NCBI GenBank assembly: GCA_026770705.1
Contig: JANJGN010000052.1
Span: 62,001-126,000, forward strand
From: Isurus oxyrinchus
Taxonomy: Eukaryota
Direction: 5' to 3'
Length of the DNA: 64,000 bases
Shown here: positions 11,758 through 22,976 of the stretch, one piece after another
Layout of the letters: each line of letters opens with the position of its first letter
Position numbering within the stretch: the stretch's first letter is position 1
Made by a program: the position numbers and the translations under genes
Notes under the pieces: model-generated
Told to the model about the DNA's origin: nothing
Database searches by the model: none
What the model saw: only the letters and a program-made list of their open reading frames with translations

Positions 11758-14289
11758 CCACACACACAGATATCAGAGGTAAAATAATTATGGAGCCCAA
11801 TTAAAAAAAAATCAAAGAGTTATTATACTGCAGCATAGTTTGTGAAGTTTGAAGCTGTTTTAAATTAGTTGGTTTGCTGTAGAATCCTGTATTTCATCTG
11901 GCTCAGACTTGCACATTATTGAAGACACTCTGTTAGCTTCAGACAGAGAGAGAGAAAGAAGGGGGGAGAGAGAGAGAGAGAGACAGGGAGAAAGGGAGAA
12001 ATCATTTCTGTTCTTTTCCAGCAGTGTTTGTGGAAGACTGCCATATTTCTTTTACCTCCTCCTTTCTCTTATATCTGCTTGGCAGAACCATTTGTTAAAC
12101 TCCTGTCTGTATCTTCCTGAAGGGAATTCAATCAGCATGTTTTGCATTCATTGTTAAAGGCCAAGTATTCACGTTTTTTATCTTTGCATCTCCAAAACAT
12201 TTGATGCATTTCAAGATATAAATCAACAAGAGATGGGGATATTGCATCCTCCACAGGGGGTTTTGAATGGCTGATGATTATCCGCTTGGTGAGCAGTTCC
12301 CACTGTTTTGATAGAACTACAGCTGCTCAAAGTCCAGCACTTTGCATTTTAATGCTTTCCTTTTAAGAGTGTCCCTGTTTGCAGTGAACCCTGACACACC
12401 CCAGGCGTGACCTTCCTGCAACAGGTCTGCAGTGCAATTCATTTGAACTTTTCCAGAGAAGTGATCAACTTCACAGTATCAGCTATCAGATGACTTGTGT
12501 CAGCCATTTTTGATCTGTGTACAATCTTGTATTTCTTTGCAAAACAGGTCACTTTTAGACAGTTCAATACATCTTTGGTCAGTTAGTTAAGTTGTAGGAA
12601 GCTCTAAATCACAGTTTGCTGTCAGGATATTGTCTTTGGGTGTGTGTTTGGGTGTGTGTAAGTGAGTGTCTGTGTGTGTGTGAGAATGTGAGTGTGTTTG
12701 TGTCTGTCTNNNNNNNNNNNNNNNNNNNNNNNNNNNNNNNNNNNNNNNNNNNNNNNNNNNNNNNNNNNNNNNNNNNNNNNNNNNNNNNNNNNNNNNNNNN
12801 NNNNNNNNNNNNNNNNNNNNNNNNNNNNNNNNNNNNNNNNNNNNNNNNNNNNNNNNNNNNNNNNNNNNNNNNNNAGCGTGTATATGTGTGTTTGTGTACG
12901 TGTGTGAGCATGTGTATGTCTGTTTGTGTATGTGTGTGTGCGTGTCTGTGTGTGTGTGTGAGTGAGTGTGTGTGTCTCTGTATGTGTTTGTGCGAGAGAG
13001 AGAGCAAGCGCTTCACAGAGTGAAACCTCCCTGAGTGCGGCCGCTGTGTTTAACATTTAAGCCACACAGACAGGATGTGGTTAAAAGGTGAAACCACAAG
13101 AAGTGAGTGTGTTTCTCAGTGACTGTCTCTCTGTGGGTTTCCTGTTGGTTTCTGTGAACTGCCTGTGGTTTTAAAAAGAATCTTCCAACCCCACATGCAC
13201 GGCATCAAATAAGAATTTGGAAGCTGCTGCTCAGAGAGTAACTAGTCCCCCGAGAATTCATAGCCCGTCAAACACAGATTAACAGCATTAATCCTGACCG
13301 TCAGCCCACTCACTCATTGCCTCTTGTCTCAGACACTAGAAAGTGGAAGTTAAGGCCGGATTTTCACTCCCGGGTTGGGGGACACAGAGACGGCAGGAAA
13401 AAATAACAAAATAGGTCTCGAGCACACAGAGCTCCAAGGGAAGGGTCGTGCTGCAGCTAAGGTGTGAGACATGGCACATTCCCCGGATGCAGCATTGAGG
13501 CTTGTATGTCTACACAGCTGATGTAGGTGCACATGGAACACATGTGAATGAGCACTGTGATGCACACACACCCTGGAGAGTAATATCCCTCCATGCACTA
13601 CATATCAGGCTAACATCAACTCATGTTGTCATTGCTGACTCACAGGGTTGAAGCAGGTCACAGAGACGGCTCATCTTAAACCCCTCGATTAGATCACCCC
13701 TTAATCTTCGAGACTCGAGGGAACACAAGCCTGGTCTGTGCAACCTGTCCTCGGGATTTAACCCTTTCAGCCCCGGGATCGTTCTGGTGACTCTGCACAG
13801 CACCCCCTCCAAGGACAATATATCCTTCCTAAGCTGCTGGACCCAGAACTGAACCCAGTGACACCAGATTGGGTGTGAGGGGACCTTAATAAAACTGTGC
13901 CAGACACTTCAAAAATCTCTTCAATTCAACCTTGTAAACGCAGTAGGAAAAATCCCACGGGGCCATTGTATCTTAGCAACATCGTAAACTTGGCCAAAAG
14001 AATCCCCCTGGTCACTCCTGAGTGTTACTTATATTGTAAACACAATGTTTCCAGCTCCTCCAGTCTCTGAGAAGCAAAACTAGGACACTAAAGCACCACC
14101 ACTGGTAGGAGGCTGTAATTACAGTGTGACATGTTTACATGGGAATGTTCCATTACCAATGACACAGGAATTTAAATAATCAGAAGGACATGTGACAACA
14201 GGAAGTGGTGCCTTGGAGAATGGAATTATTCACTAGAGTACGTATTTAATTTGATAAAAATGTACAGAAATGTCAGGACATTTTAATAG

Positions 14290-16365
14290 CTTCTTTTTTG
14301 TATTCATTCACTGACACTGGCTAGGCCAGAATTTATTGCCCATCCCTAATTGTCCTTGAGAATATGGGGGTGAGCTGTCTTCTTGAGCTGCTGCAGTCCC
14401 TGTGGTGTATGTACACCCACAGAACTGTTTGGGAGGGTGTTGCAGGATTCTGACCCAGCGACAGTGAAGGAACGGTGATATATTTCCAAGTCAGGATGGT
14501 GAGTGACTTGGAGGGGAACTTCCAGGTGGTGGTGTTCCCATGTGTCTGCTGCCCTTGTCCTTCGAGATGGTAGTGATCATGTGTTTGGAAGGTGCTGTCT
14601 AAGGAGGCTTGGTGACTCCCTGCATTGCATCTTGTAGATGGTACACACCCTGCTGCCACTGTGCGTCAGTTGTAGAGGGAGAGAATGTTTGTGGATGGGG
14701 CGCAAATCAAGCGGGGCTGCTTTGTCCTGGACGGTGTCAAGCTTCTTGAGTGTTGTTGGAGCTGCACTCATCTAGGAAAGTGGAGAGTATTCCATCACTT
14801 CTGACCTGTGCCTTGAGGTTGGTGGACAGGCTTTGGGGAGTCAGGAGGTGAGTTACTCACCACAGGATTCCCAGGCTCTGGCCTGCTCTTATAGTCACAG
14901 TGTTTATATGGCTAGTACAGTTCAGTTTCTAGTCATTGGTAACCCCCAGAGTGTTGATAGTGTGGGATTCAGCAATGGTGATGCTATTGGACATTAAGGG
15001 GAGATGGATATATTCTCTCTGGTTGGAAATGGTCATTGCCTGGCACTTGTGTGGCATGAATGTTACTTGCCACTTGTCAGGCCAAGCCTGGATATTGTCC
15101 AGGTCTTGCTGCATTTGGACATGGACTGCTTCAGCATCTGATGAGTCATGAATGATGTTGAACGTTGTGCAATCATCAGCGACCTTCCATAATTCTGACC
15201 ATCTGATAGAATGAATGTCATTGATGAAGCAGCTGAAGATGTTTGGGCCTAGGACACTACACTGAGCAACTCCTGCAGTGATGTCCTGGAACTGAGATTA
15301 CTGACCTCCAACAACCACAACCACCTTCCTTTGTACTTGGTATGAATTCAATGAGTGGAGAGTTTTCCCTGTGACATGACATGGCAGATGATGTGTGCTT
15401 GGTGCTCCAAATCCACAAGGGAAAATTGGTCATGCTATCACAATAGTTTTGCAATTTGTATTTATTATAAGAAGCGTGCACTGAATTCAGGAGTAATGAG
15501 ATGACCACAACCTTTAGAGATTTTAAAAATTGGATTAAGATATTTATTAACAAAATAAAAGATTTCAAGCACAGACATAATACCACAGTTAGTTACAGCT
15601 AAAATATATTCTCAAATTCCTAATTAACCTGACTCCCAGTTACAGAGCCCGTTTAAGGCAACAGTCCAAAATAAGATTTTAGATTAAAAACAAATCCAGC
15701 GAGTTAACACAGCACACACTTGACACTGGAATTCTAAATGGATTTCTCCAACTTTATTTACTGAACATAACAGACTTATGCACAAATGCCTGGAGGCTTC
15801 TTCAAGCCTGTTTCACACACTCCTGTTAGATCTTACATGGCCCCCAAAATAGCCTTTCATTCTCCTTTATACATGTTTCTCTCTCTTTGATGTGTAAATT
15901 CTTTGGAACTGTACCTTTCCCATAATATAAACTTTCATGTTGCCAATATTGTCAATGAAGTTTGGGTAAAATTAAAAAAAAACTCCTTAGCTTTGCTTAT
16001 TGGGCTTGTCCTAAACAGACCGACATCCCTTTGAAATCTAAACAACCCCCTCACACCTTACATGTTAACACAGCCTCCATGTGTTCTCATTAGCATTTCA
16101 AGTACATTTCTACATCTAGCTTCTTTTGATAATCTCAAGCTTGCAGTCTACCTGACTCCAGATGTAATTAAACCACACAGACAGACCCATCTACACTCAC
16201 ACTCATAAACCTACTTTAAAACAAACCAGGAAAATATTAAGCAAATTATTATACTTTCGTACCACCCCTGATTCCCATTGACTCCAGTTATGCTCGGGCT
16301 CCTAGATGCCACACTCGGTCAAATGCAGCCTTAATGTTAAGGGCAGTCACTCTCACCTCACCTTG
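14290..16365 (-). mobile_element. Degraded CR1/L2-superfamily LINE 3' portion, interrupted by a solo LTR
   Basis: MQQDLDNIQAW.DKWQVTF.PHKCQAM and MSAAPTTLKKLDTVQDKAA fragments; same family as 37245-39200 (+). Confidence 0.8.
15370..16264 (-). mobile_element. Solo LTR
   Basis: TG...CA termini, 4-bp tccc/cccc target duplication splitting the LINE, and reverse-complement similarity to 54125-55050 at both ends. Confidence 0.75.
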
Positions 16366-16555
16366 TATTAACAGATGTAACATTATACATAATTCATAAG
16401 CTTCTCACAATCTTTTACAGCATGGAAAAAGGTGCAGCATTCAGAAAGCTCACTCAGAACCAATAAAAAAAAGTTCAGCAACATCATATTTCTGTTCATT
16501 ACTATTTGGCCATGTTGGCTGCACACACCCCACAGCCCCGCTCCCTGTTTCACAC

Positions 16556-16804
16556 TCAGTTTTTCTGGAACCTGATCTGTGCGTATTCCGTGTCCTCGCT
16601 CCTGTGCACAGTCCTGTCACCGCTGGGCAGCTTTGAAAAGTTGATGTTGGTGTAGAGAAGCTCGTCGGTATTGTCGGGGTTCCCATGTCCAACATCGCCT
16701 CCCACTGGACCTTCAGAGAGAACCCGGGGAGCTGGGGTCTCCCCCTCACTAGTTGTGTCTCTGGTTGTGTTCCGGGGCTCAGTAATCAGCACGTTCTGTT
16801 CATC
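16556..16804 (-). CDS. Inhibitory Siglec-like module C, last exon with ITIM and ITSM-like motifs
   Basis: tctctgtag| acceptor, phase 0. DEQNVLITEP...DELLYTNINFSKLP...EDTEYAQIRFQKN* carries LLYTNI (ITIM) and TEYAQI (ITSM-like), as in CD33-related tails. Confidence 0.88.
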   Translation of the reverse strand, partial: DEQNVLITEPRNTTRDTTSEGETPAPRVLSEGPVGGDVGHGNPDNTDELLYTNINFSKLPSGDRTVHRSEDTEYAQIRFQKN

Positions 16805-16989
16805 CTACAGAGAAATGGAAACAGAAGACATCCTCACATCATTTACTGGCACTGATAGGGTTAAATTATTGTGCAGCCTCATTAGTGTCAGTCGTGTCTC
16901 AGTGGGTTTAAGCCTTTTTTCACTCTCTTTCTCTGTCTCTCTTTCTCTCTCGCTTTCTCTCTCTCTTTATAATTTAATCTCTATCACAC

Positions 16990-17680
16990 TCCAACAGTGC
17001 AGCACTCCCTCAATACTGACCCTCTGACAGTGCAGCACTCCCTCAATACTGACCCTCTGACAGTGCAGCACTCCCTCAGTACTGACCCTCTGACAGTCCA
17101 GCACTCCCTCAATACTGACCCTCTGACAGTGCAGCACTCCCTCAATACTGACCCTCTGACAGTGCAGCACTCCCTCAATACTGACCCTCTGACAGTGCAG
17201 CACTCCCTCAGAACTGACCCTCCGACAATGCAGTACTCCCTCAGTACTGACCCTCCAACAGTGCAGCACTCCCTCAATACTGACCCTCTGACAGTGCAGC
17301 ACTCCCTCAATACTGACCCTCTGACAGTGCAGCACTCCCTCAGTACTGACCCTCTGACAGTGCAGCACTCCCTCACTACTGACCCTCCGACAGTGCAGCA
17401 CTCCCTCAGTACTGACTCTCTGACAGTGCAGCACTCCTTCAGTACTGACCGTCTGACAGTCCAACAATCCCGCTGTACTGACCTTCTGACAGTCCAGCAC
17501 TCCCTCAGTACTGACCCTCCGACAGTGCAGCACTCCCTCAGTAATGACACTCTGACAGTGCACAACTCCCTCAGTACTGACCCTCCGACAGTGCAGCACT
17601 CCCTCAGTACTGACACTCTGACATTGCAGCACTCCCTCAGTACTGACCCTCCGACAGTGTAGCACTCCCTCACTACTGAC
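16990..17680. repeat. 33-bp minisatellite array
   Basis: About 20 tandem copies in an intron of module C. Confidence 0.95.
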
Positions 17681-17893
17681 ATCAGGTGCCCTGTCATTAT
17701 TGTGTTCAGATTTCTGGTCAAAGAGCGAGTGATGGAGGGTGACAGAGGCTGGGAGTGAGAGACAGTGCTGACCACTGAGCCATTGCTGACTTCACAGGGA
17801 GATATCTGTGTGTAACCCGGCTGAGAATCTGGTATACGTGTTGTCTACACACTGAGGTTGAAGCTTTGGAGTGAGTGTAAACAGCTCCTGTAC

Positions 17894-17975
17894 CTGGTGC
17901 TTCACAGAGAGTGACCTGGGGGTCAATGCAATGTAATTGGTCCCTGAACCTCTCTCCTCCATCGCTGTCTTTCTC
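17894..17975 (-). CDS. Module C, first cytoplasmic exon
   Basis: ttattgcag| acceptor and CAG|gtacag donor, 82 nt, phase 2-0, bridging the TM and last exons exactly. (K)RKTAMEERGSGTNYIALTPRSLSVKHQ contains a TNYIAL tyrosine motif. Confidence 0.75.
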
Positions 17976-18852
17976 CTGCAATAACACAATATCACACTGT
18001 GGTTATCATATAGCTGAGAGTCAGTGCAGCACAGACACAGAGCCCACTGTAACCTTACAGCAACGGCTGGACTGTCTCTAGTTCCAATAAGGGGTATCAG
18101 CGTGACATCACTATAATGGAAGTGTGTCATGTGATCCAATCTCAGTTTGACATTTGCTTTGAGCAGTGCACACACTCACAGCTCTGATGCCTTCAATCTT
18201 TCTCCATATGTATAACTGTTCTCGTGCCGAGTCTTGATAAACAAATCATTAACATTCTCACCAAATCCCCTATGAGTGATTGGTGTTTTCTGTCTTATAC
18301 AGTAAATAAGCCTAAGGTATAATATCATTATAATAACACGCCATATCTTTGACCCCCCCTCCACCCCTGCTCTTCCCCCCATAGCCCTTCAAATGTTCCC
18401 CCTTCAAGTATTTATCCAATTCCCCTTTTGAAAGTTCCTATTGAATCTGCTTCCAGCGCCCTTTCAGGCAGCACCTTCCAGATCACAGCAACTGATTATT
18501 ATTCATCTGGATAACGGGCAATGAAAAACACTGTCTGGATCGTAACGGATAAAGAGACCAGTTACGGAGAGGCATCTGGCGCTTAACACAAGGGAAACAA
18601 TCACCGACTTCAGGAAAGAACATTGAAGCAAATGTTTATCCCGGAGTAATCGTGCAGAGTGAGGAATCTCTGGGTCTCGTGATTGTTTACTGGATACAGG
18701 ACAATGAAAGGTTCTCTCCGGATCAGAGTGGACACAGGGATCACTTACAGAGAGGGACCTGGTGCTGATCCCAAGGGAAACAATCACCGACTTCAGGAAA
18801 GAACATTGAAGCAAATGTTTATATTAAAATCAAGTTAAATCTTCAGACTTAC

Positions 18853-18949
18853 TTTCTCACACAGATGAAGATGAAGATTCCAGCCAGGAAAACACTCAAC
18901 ATGATCCCAGCCGTGAACAATCCTACTGTCCATTTACTGGAGTCTCTAC
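18853..18949 (-). CDS. Module C, transmembrane exon (uncharged TM)
   Basis: tttttacag| acceptor and |gtaagt donor, 97 nt, phase 1-2. Encodes (C)RDSSKWTVGLFTAGIMLSVFLAGIFIFICVR(K). Confidence 0.88.
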
Positions 18950-19499
18950 CTGTAAAAACAGCCATTAATTACTGCACTACAGGTTTACAATGATGCTCCG
19001 ATGTATCTCGAGAAGCGATACACTCACTCAGTGTTTAAATACTCATTCTCGGGCAATGCTGACATTTATTGTCCATCCCTAGTTTCCCCTTGAGAAGGTG
19101 GTGGGGGGTCTTCCTCCTGAACCACTGGTTTGTCCCAAACTGGGAGACCAGTTCAGAGGGCAGGTGTGAGTTAACCATGTTGGTGTCTGAGACTGGAGTC
19201 ACATCCACATCGAGACATGCTTCCCTCCCTAAAGGGTATGTAGTCTCTACACATGTAACAACCAACCTCACTGAAATAATCGACTATCAGGTCATTATCA
19301 CACGGTGGTTTGCGGGATCTTGCTGTGCACAAATCAGTACCTGTGTTTCCTACATTACAACAGTGAGCTCACTTCGATAATGCTTCACTGGCTGTTGAAT
19401 GTTTAGTAATTTCTAAGCAATTTATGAATACAATAGTTGCATTTCAACATGTAACATTTATATATAATATTTATCAATCAAAGAATGAGAAGTTCAGCA

Positions 19500-19735
19500 A
19501 TTAAAAGGGTTGTTCAGGACAGTTAGAGAGAGAAAGGTCGTCAAGTACGGAGATTGGAAACGAAGACCTGACAGCCTTGTCCTGACAACCATTGAAGGAA
19601 AACTGAGAGCAAAAACAGAAAGGGAGAGGAAAAATTGGATGTGTGGATAACGTGGACTGAGCGAGGATTGAAGAAAACTGGATTAAAAACAACACGATCC
19701 CAATGGCTCCACGGAGACCACGGAGACAACAAACA
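19500..19735 (+). mobile_element. RTE-like LINE 3' fragment
   Basis: Translates VRERKVVKYGDWKRRPDSLVLTTIEGKLRAKTERERKNW, resembling the RTE C-terminal RK..FGH..RR...IEGK...R.R..W pattern. Confidence 0.5.
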
Positions 19736-19758
19736 AACAAATGTATCTCCACACTCAC

Positions 19759-20040
19759 ATTCCACAGTGATGGTTATGGACCCCTCCACTGCTCCATGTT
19801 CATTCTCTGCCACACACTGATAGTCTCCAGTGTCCCTGGATGTAACGTGAGGAATCACCAACCACAGCTCATTGTTGGAACTTGTTCTGTTCATTGGGAC
19901 ATTAAGATGTCGCCACGTCAGGTTAGAAGCTGGGAAGCTCTCGACAGAGCAGATTATCACTGCAGAATTCTCCTCAATTATATTGATTGATGAAGCGTTA
20001 ATCATATCAAGCGAAGTAAATGAGAGATCCTGTGGTGCAT
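19759..20040 (-). CDS. Module C, membrane-proximal C2-set Ig exon
   Basis: tttttag| acceptor and GAAT|gtgagt donor, 282 nt, phase 1-1. APQDLSF...VIICSVESFPASNLTW...DTGDYQCVAENEHG...ITVE. Confidence 0.9.
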
Positions 20041-20757
20041 CTAAAAACAAATCAAGTGTTTAATGTGAGCAAACCTATTGCACAGCAAGACTCCATGCAT
20101 CATCTCTCTGTATCTGATGTCTGAATGCATTTCCAGGTAACTTCCCTCAGGATAACGTCTTATGCCACATTTTTAATGGACACTGCCTATGTAAACTGTC
20201 ACACTGCAGTTGCATTCTCCCACCAGTAGAGGTGTTGTCCATCTAGAATGAAAGAAGCTTGCTTTCACATCCTCAGGATTTCGCAAAGGGCTGGACAGGC
20301 AATGAATTGTATTTGATTGATGGAGCACTGAGGGGTAAATCTACAATTCTCTGTTCAGGAGGTTGCTCATCCAATTCAGGGTCTTGTTGATCTGGAGTTT
20401 ACCTTCCTTCAACACAGAATCGGAGCTGATACCAAGACTCCAGTGCGGCACTGAGAGAGGAGAGGGAACTCACGTGTGTGTATCTGTGTGTTTGTGTTTC
20501 TGCACATGTGAGTGTGTTTGTGTGTGTATGCACACATGTGTCTGTGTGTGCGCATGCGCATGTGTCTGTGTGTCTAGGTCTGTCCATGAGTGAGAGTATG
20601 TGCATGTGTGTGTCTATGTGTGGGCATGAATGTGTGTGTGTGTTTGAGATGGGTGTGTATTTTCCTGTGTATGTGCTTGTATGTGTATGACTGTGTGTGG
20701 ATAATTATGCATGTGTGTGCCTACAGGTTTCTGTCTGTGTGTGTGTGTGTCTGTGTG

Positions 20758-20821
<64 letters not shown>

Positions 20822-20849
20822 AGTGATGTTGGAGTTTGCAGTAACTCAC

Positions 20850-21130
20850 GTTCCACAGTGATGGTTATGAACCCCTCCACTGCTCCATGTTCATTCTCTG
20901 CCACACACTGATAGTCTCCAGTGTCCCTGGATGTAACGTGAGGAAACACCAACCACAGCTCATTGTTGGAACTTGTTCTGTTCATTGGGACATTAAGATG
21001 TCGCCACGTCAGGTTAGAAGCTGGGAAGCTCTCGACAGAGCAGATTATCACTGCAGAATTCCCCTCAATTATATTGATCGATGAAGCGTTAATCATATCA
21101 AGAGAATTAATTGAGAGATTCTGGGTGCGT
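20850..21130 (-). pseudogene. Module C, middle C2-set exon with a 1-nt deletion
   Basis: 281 nt versus 282 in the two siblings; starts AC GCA CCC AGA instead of AT GCA CCA CAG and hits TGA after about 12 codons in the spliced frame. Splice sites are intact. Confidence 0.75.
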
Positions 21131-21948
21131 CTAAAAGAAATAAAGATTTTAATGTGAGCAAGCATAGTGCACAGCAAGACTCCATGCATCATCTCTCTGT
21201 ATCTGATGTTGGTATGCTTTTCCAGGTACCTTCCCTCATGAAAAATTACTGTCATATTTATAATGGACACTTCCTATGTAAACTGTCACACTGCAGTTGC
21301 TTCCTCCCACCAGTAGAGTTGCTAACCCTCTAGAATGAAAGAAACATCCTTTAACACTCTCAAGATGTCCCCAAGGGCTTGATAGGCAATGAATTGTATT
21401 TGATCGATGGAGCACTGAGGGCTAAATCTACATTTCTCTGTTCAGGAGGTTGCTCATCCAATTCAGGGTCTTGCTGATCTGGAGTTTACCTTCCTTCAGC
21501 ACAGAATGGGAGCTGATACCATGACTCCAGTGCAGAACTGAGAGAGGAGAGGGAGCTCACACTTGTGTGTGTACTTCTGCACGTGAGTTTGTATTTGTGT
21601 GTATGCGCGTGTCTNNNNNNNNNNNNNNNNNNNNNNNNNNNNNNNNNNNNNNNNNNNNNNNNNNNNNNNNNNNNNNNNNNNNNNNNNNNNNNNNNNNNNN
21701 NNNNNNNNNNNNNNNNNNNNNNNNNNNNNNNNNNNNNNNNNNNNNNNNNTGTGCTTGCGGGAGTGTGTGTGCATGTGTGTGTCTATGTGTGCGCATGAAT
21801 GTTTGTATGTGAGTTGAGTTTGTGTGTGTTTCTGTGTATGTGTTTGAACATATGTTTGTGTGTAAGCGTGCATGTTTGTGTCTACACATGAGTGTTTTTG
21901 CATGTGTGAGTGTGTGTGTGAGAGATGTTGAAGTCTGTGTACACTCAC

Positions 21949-22230
21949 ATTCCACAGTGATGGTGATGAATCCCTCCACTGCTCCATGTTCATTTTCTGC
22001 CACACACTGATAGTCTCCAGTGTCCCTGGATGTAACGTGAGGAATCACCAACCACAGCTCATTGTTGCAACTTGTTCTGTTCATTGGGACATTAAGATGT
22101 CGCCACGTCAGGTTAGAAGCTGGGAAGCTCTCGACAGAGCAGATTATCACTGCAGAATTCCCCTCAATTATATTGATCGATGAAGCATTAATCATTTCAA
22201 GAGAAGTAAATGTGAGATTCTGTGGAGCAT
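21949..22230 (-). CDS. Module C, first C2-set Ig exon
   Basis: ttcttag| acceptor and GAAT|gtgagt donor, 282 nt, phase 1-1; near-identical to 19759-20040. Confidence 0.88.
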
Positions 22231-22976
22231 CTAAGAACAAATCAAGTGTTTAATGTGAGCAAGCAGCGTGCACAGCAAGACTCCATGCATCATCTCTCTG
22301 TATCTGATGTCTGTATGCATTTCCAGATACCTTCCCTCCATATAACTTCCACTGTCAAATTTATAATGGGCACTGCCTATGTAAACAGTCAAACTACAGT
22401 TACATTCTCCCACCAGTAGAGGTGCTGTTCACCTAGAATGAAAGAAACTTTCACATCCTCAGGATTTTGCCAAGGGATTTACGGGAATGAATTGTATTTG
22501 ATCGATGGAGCACTGAGGGGTAAATCTACAATTCTCTGTTCAGGAGGTTGCTCATCCAGTTCAGGGTCTTGTTGATCTGGAGTTTACCTTCCTTCAACAC
22601 AGAATCGGAGCTGACACCGAGACTCCAGTGCAGCCCTGAGAGAGAAGAGGGACCTCACGCGTGTTTATGTGTATGTGTTTGTGTTTCTACATATGTGAGT
22701 ATGTTTGTGTGAGTATGCATGCATGTGTCTGTGTGTGCATGTGTGTATGTGTTTGCGCAAATGTGCGTGTGTCTTTGTGTATATTTCTGTGCATAAGTGA
22801 ATGTGTGTACATGTGTATGTGTAGTGTGAGTGTGTGTGTGTGAGTTGAGTGTGTGTATGTTTCTGTGTAGGTTTTTGCACGTGTATGACTGTGTGTAAAT
22901 GTGCATGTATGTGCCTACACATGAGTGTGTGTGTGTGTGTGTGTGTGTGTGTACATGTGTGCATGTGTGCATGTGG

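Noticed and set aside
16990-17680. Regular repeats resembling a CRISPR array
   Set aside because: Head-to-tail units with no unique spacers, in eukaryotic DNA with no cas genes.
18503-18820. 103-aa ORF with an internal repeat next to the TM exon
   Set aside because: An intronic ~185-bp tandem duplication with no convincing splice sites; the TM and cytoplasmic exons already join in frame.
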